Of a stretch of 64,000 bases of DNA, positions 52,828 to 64,000 are shown piece by piece. The stretch is from Mobula hypostoma (lineage: Eukaryota). The position numbers and the translations under genes are program-made. Position 1 is the first letter of the stretch, and each line of letters opens with the position of its first letter. The notes beneath the pieces were generated by a model. The model worked only from the letters and a program-made list of their open reading frames with translations, searched no databases and was not told the DNA's origin. The stretch spans positions 152,956,001 through 153,020,000 of the forward strand of contig NC_086097.1 of the NCBI RefSeq assembly GCF_963921235.1, given 5' to 3'.

Positions 52828-52887
52828 CTAAAGCCAGTCATTTCTCTCTTTGTTTGTGATAGACTCTTGCTGTACCACAGATTTTTC
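52828..52887 (-). CDS. Candidate internal exon (KNLWYSKSLSQTKREMTGF)
   Basis: Donor TAG|gtaaga; phase 2-2; the acceptor position is uncertain because several AGs are in frame. Confidence 0.4.
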   Translation of the reverse strand, partial: EKSVVQQESITNKERNDWL

Positions 52888-53499
52888 CTTAATACCACAT
52901 ACACTCTAATATAGTTAATAGACTGTGAATTATTTCGGAATGATCTGAGGTTGCGGAAGGTACCATATAATGTGAGGGATCTATGGATGTTGGCAAGGCT
53001 CCCTCTACCCATCAACATCTGTATCTCATTGAATGGTTATATTGCTACCAGTGCAAATTTAAAGTGGTTAGGGGCTCTTTACTTGAGATATTTTTACATT
53101 GCTAGCCAAAAAGTAATTCAGGTAATTTACACCTTAATTATGTTAATCAGGTGCATTGATGCACAGCTGAAAGTAACTAAAATTGACACAAACCACTGGT
53201 CTGTTGCACAATGACTCCTGAAAATGTCTTACTGAAACTGCAATCAAACAGATGACTGTGATTTTGCCCAAATCCTTTCAATTACTGCAAATTTAAAGAA
53301 CAACAATTGATTGATGTTCAATTCTGTTCATTTCAAAGCTCTATATGAAGAACAAACTATTTGAACTTATGAAAATTGCCCAGATTACAGACAACTTAAG
53401 AGTATGCTGCAATTATGTATGGAGATACCTATCTAATTCACTTAGGGACCTAGGCTTCACAGTTTGTGAAAGAACTGTCAGTTAGTAGGTATGACTTAC

Positions 53500-53528
53500 T
53501 GCTGCAAAGAATGCTGATATAAATCGAT
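53500..53528 (-). CDS. Candidate 29-nt microexon (IDLYQHSLQ)
   Basis: ttttttactttatag| ... GCA|gtaagt; phase 0 in, phase 2 out. Confidence 0.45.
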
Positions 53529-54544
53529 CTATAAAGTAAAAAATCTGTGTGCCTATGTTGTTGTGACATGGAATTTCAAGACACCTGAGCTGAAAATGTA
53601 CATTTTTTTCTCTCTTAAGTTCTAAAACTTGAAAATATGGAAGTTTATGCTTGAAATGTTCTGGTAATTTGCACATGCATTTATCCTACACCTGTGAGCA
53701 AGTTGCTTAATTATGGAAGAGGAAAGAACTTAAAAGCTGGGAATTATCTTAAGACCTGCTTATACTGGTACAGTTACATTATGTTACTTTATGCCATTAT
53801 TCATTGCTAAGTGGCTCTTGGCATGGCATATTTGTCAGGTCACACAATTGACATTTACCACATTCAACAAGATTAGAAATGGACATTCTGCTGATATTAT
53901 TTACTTCCTGGGCTTCGTGCCGAATCAGAATCAGTATTAGGTTTATTGTTACTGACATATGTCATGAAATTTGTTGTTTTGTGACAGCAGTATAAAAATT
54001 ACTACAAGTTAGACAATAAAAAAATAGTCCAGAAGATGAATAGTAAGATAGTACTCATAGGTTTGTGGATTATTCAGAAGTCTGATGGCAGGATACATGA
54101 ATCTGTCTCTAAAATATTGACTGTGGGTCTTCAGGCTCCAGTAACTCCTAACCGATGGTAGCAGTGCAAAGAGGGTATGTCCTGGGTAGTAGGAGTCTTG
54201 TCACCTCTTGAAGATTTCTTCATTGCAGTAATCTGATTCCCTATGCTTTAGCTAGATGAAGCTAAATCTCTGGGAACAAACTGTAATCCAAGAGGCAGCA
54301 GAGCAGTGTTTCTCAGCCTGAGTCCATGGACTCCTCAGTTAATAGTAGGAATCCCATTGCATTAAAAAAGAGATTGGGAATCCCTGCACTAGAGGAATGT
54401 GACCTGCTGCAATTGTGGAAAGGGCAGTTTTCTTCATCGCTTCGATAGTCTAAGCTTCACGGAATTAATATTTCAGGTTGAAGGTTCTTCATCAAAAGAT
54501 TCTAATGAAAAGTCCTTTATATGAAACATTAACTGTTTCTATGT

Positions 54545-55012
54545 TTGCAGAGAAAATTTACAAGAAGACTTGAGGACCTGAGTTATAAGAAAATGTTGAA
54601 TAGGTCTGGACTTTATTTGCTGCAGCATAGGAGAATCATAGGAGATATAAGTATATAATATTATGAAGAGTATAGATTAGGTAAATACATGCAGCATTTT
54701 TCCTGCAGCCACTGAAGCTGGGTGAGATTGGAACATTAGGACGTATGCTTAGGGTGAAAAGTGAAATGTTTTAGGGGAATCTGAGAGGGAAGGTCTTCAC
54801 TCAGAGGGTAGTGCAAGTGTGGAAAAGCTGCCAGTGAAGGTGGTGGATGCAGGTTCAATTGCAACGTTAAAAAGTTGTTTGGATAGTACCTAGATGAGAA
54901 CGGTATGGAAAGCTATGATATGGGTATAAGAAGATGGAGGTAGGCAGGAAAAAAACAGATTGACACAGACAGCATAGGCTAAAAGGCCTGTTTCTATGCT
55001 GTAGTGCTATTT
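54545..55012 (+). mobile_element. CR1 3' fragment
   Basis: ttcactcagagggtagtgcaagtgtgg; ggcctgtttctatgctgtagtgct. Confidence 0.75.
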
Positions 55013-55442
55013 GTCTTCATGACTCCATTTGTCTCTATGGATGCTGCCTAATCTGCTGAGTGCTTTCTATATTTCCTACCTTTTTTTTAAATTTCAGATT
55101 TCCTGCATCTGCAGTTTTTGTTTCTCACGAAACTATGCTTCCGTTTATTGGCCAATTAGAAACCCTCATCTAGGAGAGATTCCAAAGCCCAAGATCATAA
55201 ATATCAAATAGTTATGAAATAACTGACAAAGGAATCAAAGGAAAGGTTTTAAACCAACAAATGATTAGAAAATATATTGTTTTGCATCTCATTACAGAGA
55301 GAAATGGCAAGATTCATTTAAAAGGAAGATGGATAATCCTATGTAGACACAAGAGAGACTTCAAATACTGGAGATCTGGAGCAACACACACAATACACTG
55401 GAGGAACTCAACAGGTTATGCAGGATCTACAGAAGGAAATGA

Positions 55443-55476
55443 ACAGTCAATATTTCAGGCCAAGATCCTTCATCAG
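55443..55476 (-). ncRNA. Minimal hammerhead-like motif in a Penelope terminal-repeat fragment (55345-55478)
   Basis: CTGATGA-AGG atcttgg CCT-GAAA-TATT-gactg; the core boxes are intact but the 5' strand of helix I is lost. Confidence 0.55.
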
Positions 55477-55554
55477 GGTTGATAAGCATCAGGTCTGTCT
55501 AAACTCAACTAGGTTGAAGGAATATAGTTAGAAAAGGAGGGAACGACACCTTAC

Positions 55555-55567
55555 TTGAAACATAAAT
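55555..55567 (-). CDS. Candidate 13-nt microexon ((Q)FMFQ)
   Basis: gttttttgtttcag|ATTTATGTTTCAA|gtaagg; supplies exactly the phase 2-to-0 bridge needed between the flanking candidates. Confidence 0.45.
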
Positions 55568-56084
55568 CTGAAACAAAAAACATTTGGTCCAAATAGTATG
55601 TATCTGTTATGGATTCTAAATGGAAAGAATGATAAAATTTCTTGTACAATTGCAAATATCCCACAATGCTTCTGTAAATGATGTTACTTCAGAGAGAAAG
55701 CATGTAAGTGGACAACTATTGGGCCATGTTGGCTGCCCAGCAATCTCATTCTGTATCTTTTTATTTCTCTCACATTGCTTGTTATGTGCTGGCACCTGTT
55801 ACTCTACTGAACACTGCGGGCATGCTGTATTGGTGCTGGAATGTGTGGTGATGCTTGAGCGTGGCCCCAAGCTCATCCTCAGATTGTGTTGGTTGCTAAC
55901 ACAAAAAACCAACACATTTCAGTGTATGTTTTGCTGTACATGTGATAAAATGTTGGGTTTGTTTCTTCTTTTATTTTTCTCTGTCTCATTTTTTTAAGTA
56001 ACTGGCACCTTGACAACTTTGATCTTTACCTTATAGATGTTTCCTCTGTTCTTTCCAACTTCCACTGGATAGACTCTTGTGCTG

Positions 56085-56390
56085 AATCACAGAGTTGTTC
56101 AGCACTGAAACAGGCCCTTCATCCCATCATGTCCATGCTGACTTTTCTGCTCAGTATTCTAATCTCATTTGCCTGCATTAGCACTGTACCTTTCTACGCT
56201 TTGTCTACTTAAGTGTCTGTCTAAATGCCTCTTGAACGTAGCAATTGTAATTGATTCCACCACCTCCTCTGACAGCTCGTTCCAGATGTCAACCATACCC
56301 TGTGTATATAAAAAAAATCCTACCGTTCGGATCCCCCTAAAACTATTTCTTCTCACCTTTGACCTATGACCCCAAATTTTTGATACCCTG
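56085..56390 (-). mobile_element. CR1 3' fragment
   Basis: YTQGMVDIWNELSEEVVESITIATFKRHLDRHL. Confidence 0.8.
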
Positions 56391-56554
56391 TTGAACTGTT
56401 AATTCTTTTTCTTACCCAACAAATGTTATATGATGTCCTAACACAAGTGATGACAAACTCCTCACTTTCCATCAGTTACCCACACACCAGAAATTTTAGA
56501 GGTTGCTTATTCTTAAATAAGGCTTCTTTATCTAGCTTTCACAGTTTAACAGGT

Positions 56555-56840
56555 CATTTATTTTAGAGAAAAGCGTGTAACGGGCCTTCCAGCCCAATGA
56601 ACCACATTGCCAGGCAACCCACCTATTTAAAGCTAGCCTAAGCACTGGACCATTTTGAACGACCAATTCTTCTACAAACCAGTACATCTTTGAGCAATGG
56701 AAGGACACCAGAGCGCCCAGAAGAAACCCACGTGGTTCACGGGGAAAATGGACAAACTCCTTACAGAAGGCTCCAGAACCGAACTCCAAACTTTGGAATG
56801 GCCCGAGCTGTAAGAGCATTGCACTGACTGCTACGCTGCC
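56555..56840 (-). mobile_element. V-SINE
   Basis: cagagcgcccagaagaaacccacgtggttcacgggg...aaactccttacag...agaaccgaactc. Confidence 0.75.
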
Positions 56841-57262
56841 CGAGAGTTACAAGTTATAGAGGTCTTAAGCTTCGCACTGTGTCAGTTCTATTTTATCCAC
56901 ATTTGAATCACGTGGATTTGGTGCATTCCAGAACCAGGGTCATGAAGGGCAAATTATGGGGTATGAAAGATGGAGCAAAATAAGTGCGTGAGCACTTACT
57001 CTAAGGAGCAAGAGGAATTTCAGTAAGTGAAATAAATGTAGTGAAATGAAAAAAAAGCTAGAGCCGTGTTAGATTTTTTAAAAACTGACCAATGTACTAA
57101 AGAGTTCAATGCTTTTACCCTGAAAAACTGACTTAAATTCAACCTCAAGTCAGTCATATTCAACCTACACTGATGATATGTTCTAGTTCCTACTCTGAAA
57201 GAGCGCTTAATGTACATCATATTAATGATTTATTTTTGCATTGGCACTCAAGCATCATTTAC

Positions 57263-57423
57263 TGGATTATTTTATTTTTTCTCTGATATTTTGAAATTCG
57301 GCCATGGATAAAATCAAATCTGTTCCAGCCTGGTTTTTGGGAATCGAGATCTTCCATAGGAACAACCGCATGAAATTGTGTGATACCAGGTGGATTTCTG
57401 CAGCTTACTGAAAGCTTATTTAT
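57263..57423 (-). CDS. Candidate internal exon (161 nt)
   Basis: caacttttcag| INKLSVSCRNPPGITQFHAVVPMEDLDSQKPGWNRFDFIHGRISKYQRKNKII + CA|gtaaat; unique sequence that retains CpGs. Confidence 0.5.
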
Positions 57424-57780
57424 CTGAAAAGTTGACACTATATATTTCATCATACATGCAATGCGACCCAGTGATTGTTTCTGCATTTTCTGTGTTTTTA
57501 TTTAAGATTTGCAGCTTCCAAGATACAATGTTTTAATGTTTTTCACTTACTGTCATAGCATGTTAACTCTAAATCTGGCTGTTCAGTCATTACTGGCTAA
57601 CCCAATGACTGAATATGGATCTTCTTGCACATATGGCTTGGTTCCTCACTGAATATTACAAGTATATACAAAACTGATGATATCTGTGAATGATTTTTGA
57701 AATGCAATAATGTCACGGGGTGTAATCATACTTACTACCACTTGCAATAAGTGGATTATTACTAGAAAAATCAAATCTAC

Positions 57781-57840
57781 CTCATAGTTATTTTGCTGTA
57801 TTTCCTGTATGCTGTCAGAGCTGCCAAGTAAGTTATTACC
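57781..57840 (-). CDS. Candidate internal exon (GNNLLGSSDSIQEIQQNNYE)
   Basis: ttgtgaattcag| ... GAG|gtagat; 60 nt, phase 0-0, in frame with 57263-57423. Confidence 0.4.
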
Positions 57841-57849
57841 CTGAATTCA

Positions 57850-58590
57850 CAAACAAGAGAAAATCTGCAGGAGCAGGAAATCCAAGCAACACACACACAC
57901 ACACACACACGCACACACACACAATGCTGGAGGCCAGGCAGGATACATAGAAAAGAGTAAACAGTCAATATTTCAGGCTGAAACCCTCCATCAGGACTGG
58001 AGAAAAAAAGATGAGGAGACAGAATGAGAAGGCAGGGGAAGGGAGGAAGAAATACAACTTAGTAGGCGATAACAAGAGAGCAGGAGGGGTGAAGTAAAGA
58101 GGTGGGAAGTCAATTGGTGAAAATGATAAAGGGCTGGAGAAGGAGGAATTTGATAAGAGAGGATAGAAGTCCATGGAAGAAAGAGGAGGGGAGAAGCACC
58201 AGAAGGAAGTGATGGACTAGCAAGGAGATAAGTTGAGAGAGGGAAATAGGAATGGGGAATGGTGTAGGAGAGGAGGATGGGGCGATATCAGAAGTTCAAG
58301 AAATCTATGTTTATGTCATCAGGTTGGAAGCTACCCAGACGGAATATGAGGTATTGCTCCACCAACCTGAGTGTGGCTTCATTGTGGAGGCCATGGACTG
58401 ACATGTGCAAAGTAGAATTAAAATGGGTGGCCAGTGGGAGATCCCACCTTTTCTGGTGGATGGAGTGTAGGAGCTCAACGAAGCAGTTTCCCAATCTACA
58501 TCAGGTCTCATCAATATACAGCAGGCCATACCGGGAGCACCGGATATAGTAGCTGACACCAACAGACTCACAGCGGAAGTGCTGCCTTAA
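57850..58590 (-). mobile_element. Penelope-like element 3' fragment, with an inverted piece at 58585-58722
   Basis: WDLPLATHFNS...LRLVEQYLIFRLGSFQPDDINIDF; terminal repeat with a hammerhead-like motif at 57961-58000. Confidence 0.88.
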
Positions 58591-58972
58591 TTCTACTTCC
58601 TGTTCCCATTCTGAAATATCAGCCCATGGCCTCCTCTACAGCTGTGATGAGGCCATGTTCAGGATCGAAGGAGCATCACCTTGTATTCTGTTTGGGTAGT
58701 CTCCAACCTGATGGTATGAACTAGTTGATGTCTGAATGTTTAGTAATAAAAATTGTCTTATCTATGAGGGTAAGGAAGGTAAGGTGCTGTAGCTGTTGCT
58801 GTTCAACAGTCCTACACACCCCCACCCCTTTTTCTATCTCCACAGCTCCTTGGCATTTTAGTTCTGGCATTGACTATCACAAGTACCTCTTCCCATTGTA
58901 GGACATTCCACCAAAGCAGGTCTTAATTGGAAAATTAATAGAGGATCAACGTGTCTGCTGCTGGGTATCCTG

Positions 58973-59000
58973 TATCTTGTTTTACGGCGGTTGGCATCCA
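58973..59000 (-). mobile_element. 28-bp retroposon micro-insertion (same family as 44165-44221)
   Basis: 13-bp TSD GCTGGGTA(T/C)CCTG (58960-58972, 59001-59013; one mismatch). Confidence 0.75.
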
Positions 59001-59129
59001 GCTGGGTACCCTGAGGCATTGTTCTGTTGGTAGGTGGGTACTTCTAATGTTCATGTCTTTCTTCATCTCGCTACTCATGTTTCTCAAGCATATTGTCTTC
59101 CTCCAGTGTAACTGTAATTAGAATAGACC

Positions 59130-59688
59130 ATTCAGAATTCTGATATGTCTATCCACAGTCCCCTCTACTGTCAAGATGAAGCCTCTCTCAGGTTGGAGGA
59201 ACAACACCTTATATTCCATCTGGGTAGCCTCCATCCTGATGGCATGAACACTGACTTCTCTAACTTCCGTTAATGCCCCAACTCCTCTTCGAGCGCCATC
59301 CCTTATTTATTTATTTATTTATTTGTTTGTTTGTTTATTTTCTCTCTCTTTTTTCTCCCTCTGTCCCTCTCACAATAACTCCTTGCCCATCCTCTGGGCT
59401 CCCCTCCCCCTTTCTTTCTCCCTAGGCCTCCCGTCCCACGATCCTCTCCCTTCTCCAGCCTCGTATCCCTTTTGCCAATCAACATTCCAGCTCATAGCTC
59501 CATCCCTCCCCGTCCTGTCTTCTCCTATCATTTTGGATCTCCCCCTCCCCCTCCCACTGTCAAATCTCTTACTATCTCTTCTTTCAGTTAGTCTTGACAA
59601 AGGCTCTCGGCCCGAAACATCGACTGTACCTCTTCCTATAGATGCTGCCTGGCCTGCTGTGTTCACCAGCATTTTTTATGTGTGTTGA
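59130..59688 (+). mobile_element. Penelope-like element 3' fragment
   Basis: caggttggaggaacaacaccttatattccatctgggtagcctccatcctgatggcatgaac (RLEEQHLIFHLGSLHPDGMN); decayed hammerhead at 59590-59625. Confidence 0.88.
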
Positions 59689-60159
59689 TAGCACGATAGT
59701 CTCTGCTTTATTGTTTTGTACATTATTATTGCACATTGGTACATTATTATATATATTATTATTCTGTACATTAATTAAGTCTTCACACTGTAGTAATAAA
59801 TGAATTTCCCACTCGAGATCAATGAAGTACTTATTACTAGTAGTAGAATGGGAAGTATTTGGAACATCTTTAAAAGTAAGACTAACTTGATCATCATTAT
59901 GTATATTTGGATATTTCTGCCACATCAGCTTTTTACAAGACTGGCACAGGTCCCTCATGTAGCATAAATTTAACATTCCTTTCTCAGTCTTGAAGAATTT
60001 CTTGGCTTAGCAATTGTAATCAGATAAAAATCTATCCCTGCCAGTGAAGGCTAGGTATCTACTTCTGAAATTCAAGTTTATTGGAGAAAATTGTACTATA
60101 TTTTTTATTATGGCTGTAGACTCTGCACAGGTACAAGCTTTCTGCACCAACCCCCCTTC

Positions 60160-60505
60160 AAGGACATCTTCCAAAGGTGGTGACTCAAGAGTATGACATC
60201 CATTGCTAAGGGCCCTCACCACCCAGAACATGCCTTCTCTCATTACTACCATTAGGGAAGCGATAAGGAGCCTTAAGACACAAATTCAACACTTCAGAAA
60301 CAGCTGCTTTCCCTCTGCCATCAGATTTCTGAATGGTCCATGAACCACTAAAACTACCTCACTATATCCCTTCTGCACTGTTTAAATATTTATGTTTTAT
60401 TGTAACTTACAATAATTCATTATGCCTGCACTGTACCACTGCCACAAAACAACAATTTCATAACCTTTGTCAATGATAACTAACCTGATTCTGATTCTGA
60501 TTCTG
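60160..60505 (+). mobile_element. Rex1 3' fragment
   Basis: cacccagaacatgccttctctcattactacc; tail cctgattctgattctgattctga. Confidence 0.8.
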
Positions 60506-61699
60506 AAAACACCTGAGCAAGCTCCATTTACAATGAATTCTGCACAGATGTATTTTAAAACTATGTTGCTCATGTCTGCATTATACAGGCAACAGACAGA
60601 TAATTTGACTTTTTATTGGTAATGATTGAAGGGGAGAATGACTAGCAAGCCATAGATGGAATTCAATCCCGAGAAGAGTAAAGTGATGCACTTTGGAAGA
60701 TTGAACTTGATTTCAGAGTGCAGGGTTAACGGCAGGATTCTTAGCAGGGTGGAGGAACAGAGGGTTCTTTGGGTCCATATCCATAGATTCAGCAATTAAG
60801 AAAAGAAATAGCAGTTGGTCACTCAGTTTGTAGGGCATGTACTACCAGTCACTTAAATTAAAGTATTTTTTATTTTAGCTCCACCTACGTATTCTGGGTT
60901 CAGAACCATTAATATCCTTTATTAAATACTTACCAGTCTTTATTTTTAGCTGTTTTATTGACAATATCTCAACACCTGCTACAAAGACAATTGCCCTGCC
61001 ACAGAGGATGAGCATCTTTTTCCATGATCTTATCTATCCTCTGATCTGGTGCCTCCTATCTTCTTCCCTTAATTTCTGTTCTCGAAATGGACAAAGGGTG
61101 GATGAGAGGAAATGCATGAAAAATGGGGAATATCTCCCTAACCCTATTGCTTTCTAACTGTGATTTGCAGGAATGCACAGCAGACAAAAGTCCCAACAGT
61201 GGCAGGGAAACCAAGCAGGAAAACTGAGGTAGGATCAATCAAATGATGTATCCTATTTGGCACTAGGATCACTATTAGTTTTTGATGGAATCTGATAGAA
61301 AGTTAGTCCAATGTATCTGATCTATTCACATTGCTGAAAACTTGGGTATTTTAGCCTCATAGAGTCACTGAGCACAACTTCAAAGTAACTAGGATGGTGG
61401 CAGTGAACCACAGTAACGTTCTGTGGGTTACATAAAATACTTCTAAATATATCTCTTTTGAATTACTCTCATTGCAATCTGTAGCATGTAATCTTTCTGT
61501 AAGCAATATACTTTTAAAATGACTTAATGAAATACAGATTTCATGATTTTCTGTAGGACTTGACTGACTTAACTCTCATGCAAGCAGGTATTGCAACTTT
61601 AAGAGGTCGAAGGTTCATCACTATGATTGGAGGGGGGACTACAAACCTGGCTGAAACACAGAAAAATGAGACCCCCCTCTCCCCAACATCTCGTTAGCA

Positions 61700-64000
61700 A
61701 ATGTGCATTCACTGAAGAGCAAAACTGAGGACCTGAAGGCAAGATTGCTGAATCAAAGGGAAATGAGAGATTGTTGTGTTCAATGTTTAACCAAGAATGA
61801 CTTACTCCTAGCATGCCAAATACGGTGATCAGACCCGAAGGCTTCTTGATTCACAGGACTTGTGATACTGCATGATGCTGTCACCAAGCAATAAACAGTC
61901 CATCTCGACACATTTCGAATCATAGTCAGGGACTTCAACCAGGCTTGTTTGCAGAAATCCCTGCCCAATTACCATCAATACCAGAGGTCACAACGCACTA
62001 CATAAGGAATGCTTACCGATCCATGCCCAAATCACATTTTGCAAAAATCTGATCACTTGGCCTTTGTTCTCCTACCTGCATACAGACAGAGCCTAAAAAA
62101 ACAATGTTCCAGAGATTTGGTGGCTGTGTGAGGCAGAGGAATGGCTGCAGGATTGATTTGAGTCCTTGGACTGAGCCATGTTTGAGAACTCATCAGTACG
62201 TCTGAATTAATATATCACACTTGTCATGGACTTCATAAAAACAGTTGTAAATGAGTATGTCCCACAAAATTATTCAGAGTCTTTCCCCAAACAGAAGCCC
62301 TGGATGAAAAACTGAGATCCACAAACTGCTGAGAGCCAGATCAGAGGCATTCAAATCTGGTGACCATGAGAGTTACAAGAGGTCTGGGTATGATCTCCAG
62401 AAAGCCATTCCAAAGCCAAAGTGGCAATTCTGGACTAAACTTGAACCAATGAAGGATACTCATCAGTTTTGGCAGGGCTTCAAAATTATCAGCTCTTCTA
62501 AAGTAAAATCAAGCGATGGTGGTGACAACAGTGTTATGCTTCCAGATGAGCTCACTATCTTCTATGCTCATTTTGATCAACATAATATTGAGGAATCATC
62601 ACAAACTCCCAATAATCCTATGATTTCAGTCTCTGAGCATCCTGCAGGAGGGTGAACCCACAAAAGTCCAGCCCAGACATGGTACCTGGCCAAATACTAA
62701 AAACCTGTGCTGATCAACTGGATCAATTTGAGTGTTTACTGAGATCTTTAACCTCTCAATTCAGCAGAATGAGGTACCTACCTGCTTCAAGCAGGCTTCA
62801 ATTATGCTGGTGCTTAGGAAGAGGATGATAACCTGTCTCAAACACTGTCGTCCGGTAGCACTGACATCTACACTGATGAAGTGGTTTGAGAGGCTGGTAA
62901 TGAAACATATCAGCTCCTGTCTGAGAAGTGACTTGGATCTGCTCCAATTCGCCTACCAGCACAACAGTTCCACAGCAGATACCATTTCATTGGCTCTTCA
63001 CTCAACCCTGGGTCATCTGGTCAGGAAAGATGCATACATTATGATGCTCTCTATCACTTCAGCATTTAATACTCTCGTCCCCTCAGAACTAATCAGTAAA
63101 CTTCAAGACCTTGACTTCAATATCTCCTTGTGCAAATGGATCCTCGATTTCCTCTCTTGCAGACCCCAGTCAGTTCAGATTGGCAATACCTCCTCCACAA
63201 TCTCCATCAGCACAGGTGCACCACAAGGCTACTCACATTACAGTTAGAACAGTGTGGCTAAACACAGCTCCAATGCCAGATTTAAGTTTGCTGATGACAC
63301 CACTGTCCTTAGCAGAATCAAAGGTGGTGATGTATCAGCATATAGGAGGGAAATTGAAAATCTGGCTGAGTGGTGTCACAACAACAACGTCTTACTCGAT
63401 GTCAGCAAGAGCAAGGAGCTCATTATTGACTTCAGGAGGAGGAAACTGGAGGTCCAAGAGCCAATCCTCATTGGGGGACCAAAGGCATAGAGGGTCAACA
63501 ACATTAAATTCTTCAGTGTTATTTCAGATGACCGGCCCTGGACCTTACACATGAAGAGAGCATGATAGTGCCTCTACTTGCTAAGGAGTTTGCAAAGATT
63601 CAGTATGACAGCTAAAAGTTTGACAAAATTCTATACATGTGGTGGAGAGTATATTGACTGTTTGTGTCATGATTTGCTACAGAAACACCAATGTCCTTGA
63701 ACAAAAGCTATAAAAAGTAGTGGATACTGCCCGGTCCATCACAGGTAAAGCTCTCTCCATCATTAAGCGTATCCACATTGTGTGCTGTTCCAGGAAAGCA
63801 GTATCCATCATCCAGGCCATGCTCTCTTCTTGCTGCTGCCATCAGGAAGGAGGTGCAGAAACCTTAGATATCACAACACCAGGTTCAGGAACAGTTATTA
63901 CTCTCCAACCATCAAGCTCCTGAACCAGAGTGAAAAACTTCATTCATCAAAACTGAACTGAATTCACAACCTAAAGTCTCATGTTCAAAGACTCTTTGGT
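61700..64000 (+). mobile_element. Rex1/Babar LINE (endonuclease + RT remnants), running off the window end
   Basis: gggacttcaaccagg (GDFN); FTEIFNLSI...CRPVALTSTLMKWFERLV...SAFNTLVP...GAPQG; RFKFADDTTV. Confidence 0.92.

Noticed and set aside
53233..53284. Minus-strand exon candidate with strong splice signals
   Set aside because: It has stop codons in all three frames.
57889..57922. (CA)n microsatellite as an independent feature
   Set aside because: It is an expansion of the acacac motif within the Penelope terminal repeat.

Overview
This is eukaryotic, AT-rich, repeat-dominated vertebrate DNA. The repeat families (shark-type CR1 tails, tRNA-derived V-SINEs, abundant Rex1/Babar and Penelope) suggest a cartilaginous fish, probably a ray; that assignment is an inference. 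Most of the window is decayed, often nested mobile elements: many CR1 and Rex1/Babar LINE fragments, Penelope-like (GIY-YIG) elements, one young 5'-truncated L1, L2 and Tx1 fragments, two solo LTRs with exact TSDs, a mariner-derived MITE, a Tc1 derivative and several V-SINEs. No intact autonomous element and no recognisable named host gene is present, and almost all ORF-track entries are TE remnants or chance ORFs. Three things stand out. (1) A near-complete HDV-like (double-pseudoknot) ribozyme fold lies at the 5' end of a ~560-bp RTE-derived non-autonomous element (41495-41667). (2) Several minimal hammerhead motifs occur in Penelope terminal repeats. (3) A phase-consistent chain of GT-AG candidate exons, including 13-nt and 29-nt microexons, runs on the minus strand through the unique islands (57840 to 25746) and would encode an unidentified protein C-terminus; a young L1 is inserted right at the acceptor of its last exon. 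All calls were made by eye, so boundaries without TSDs are approximate.
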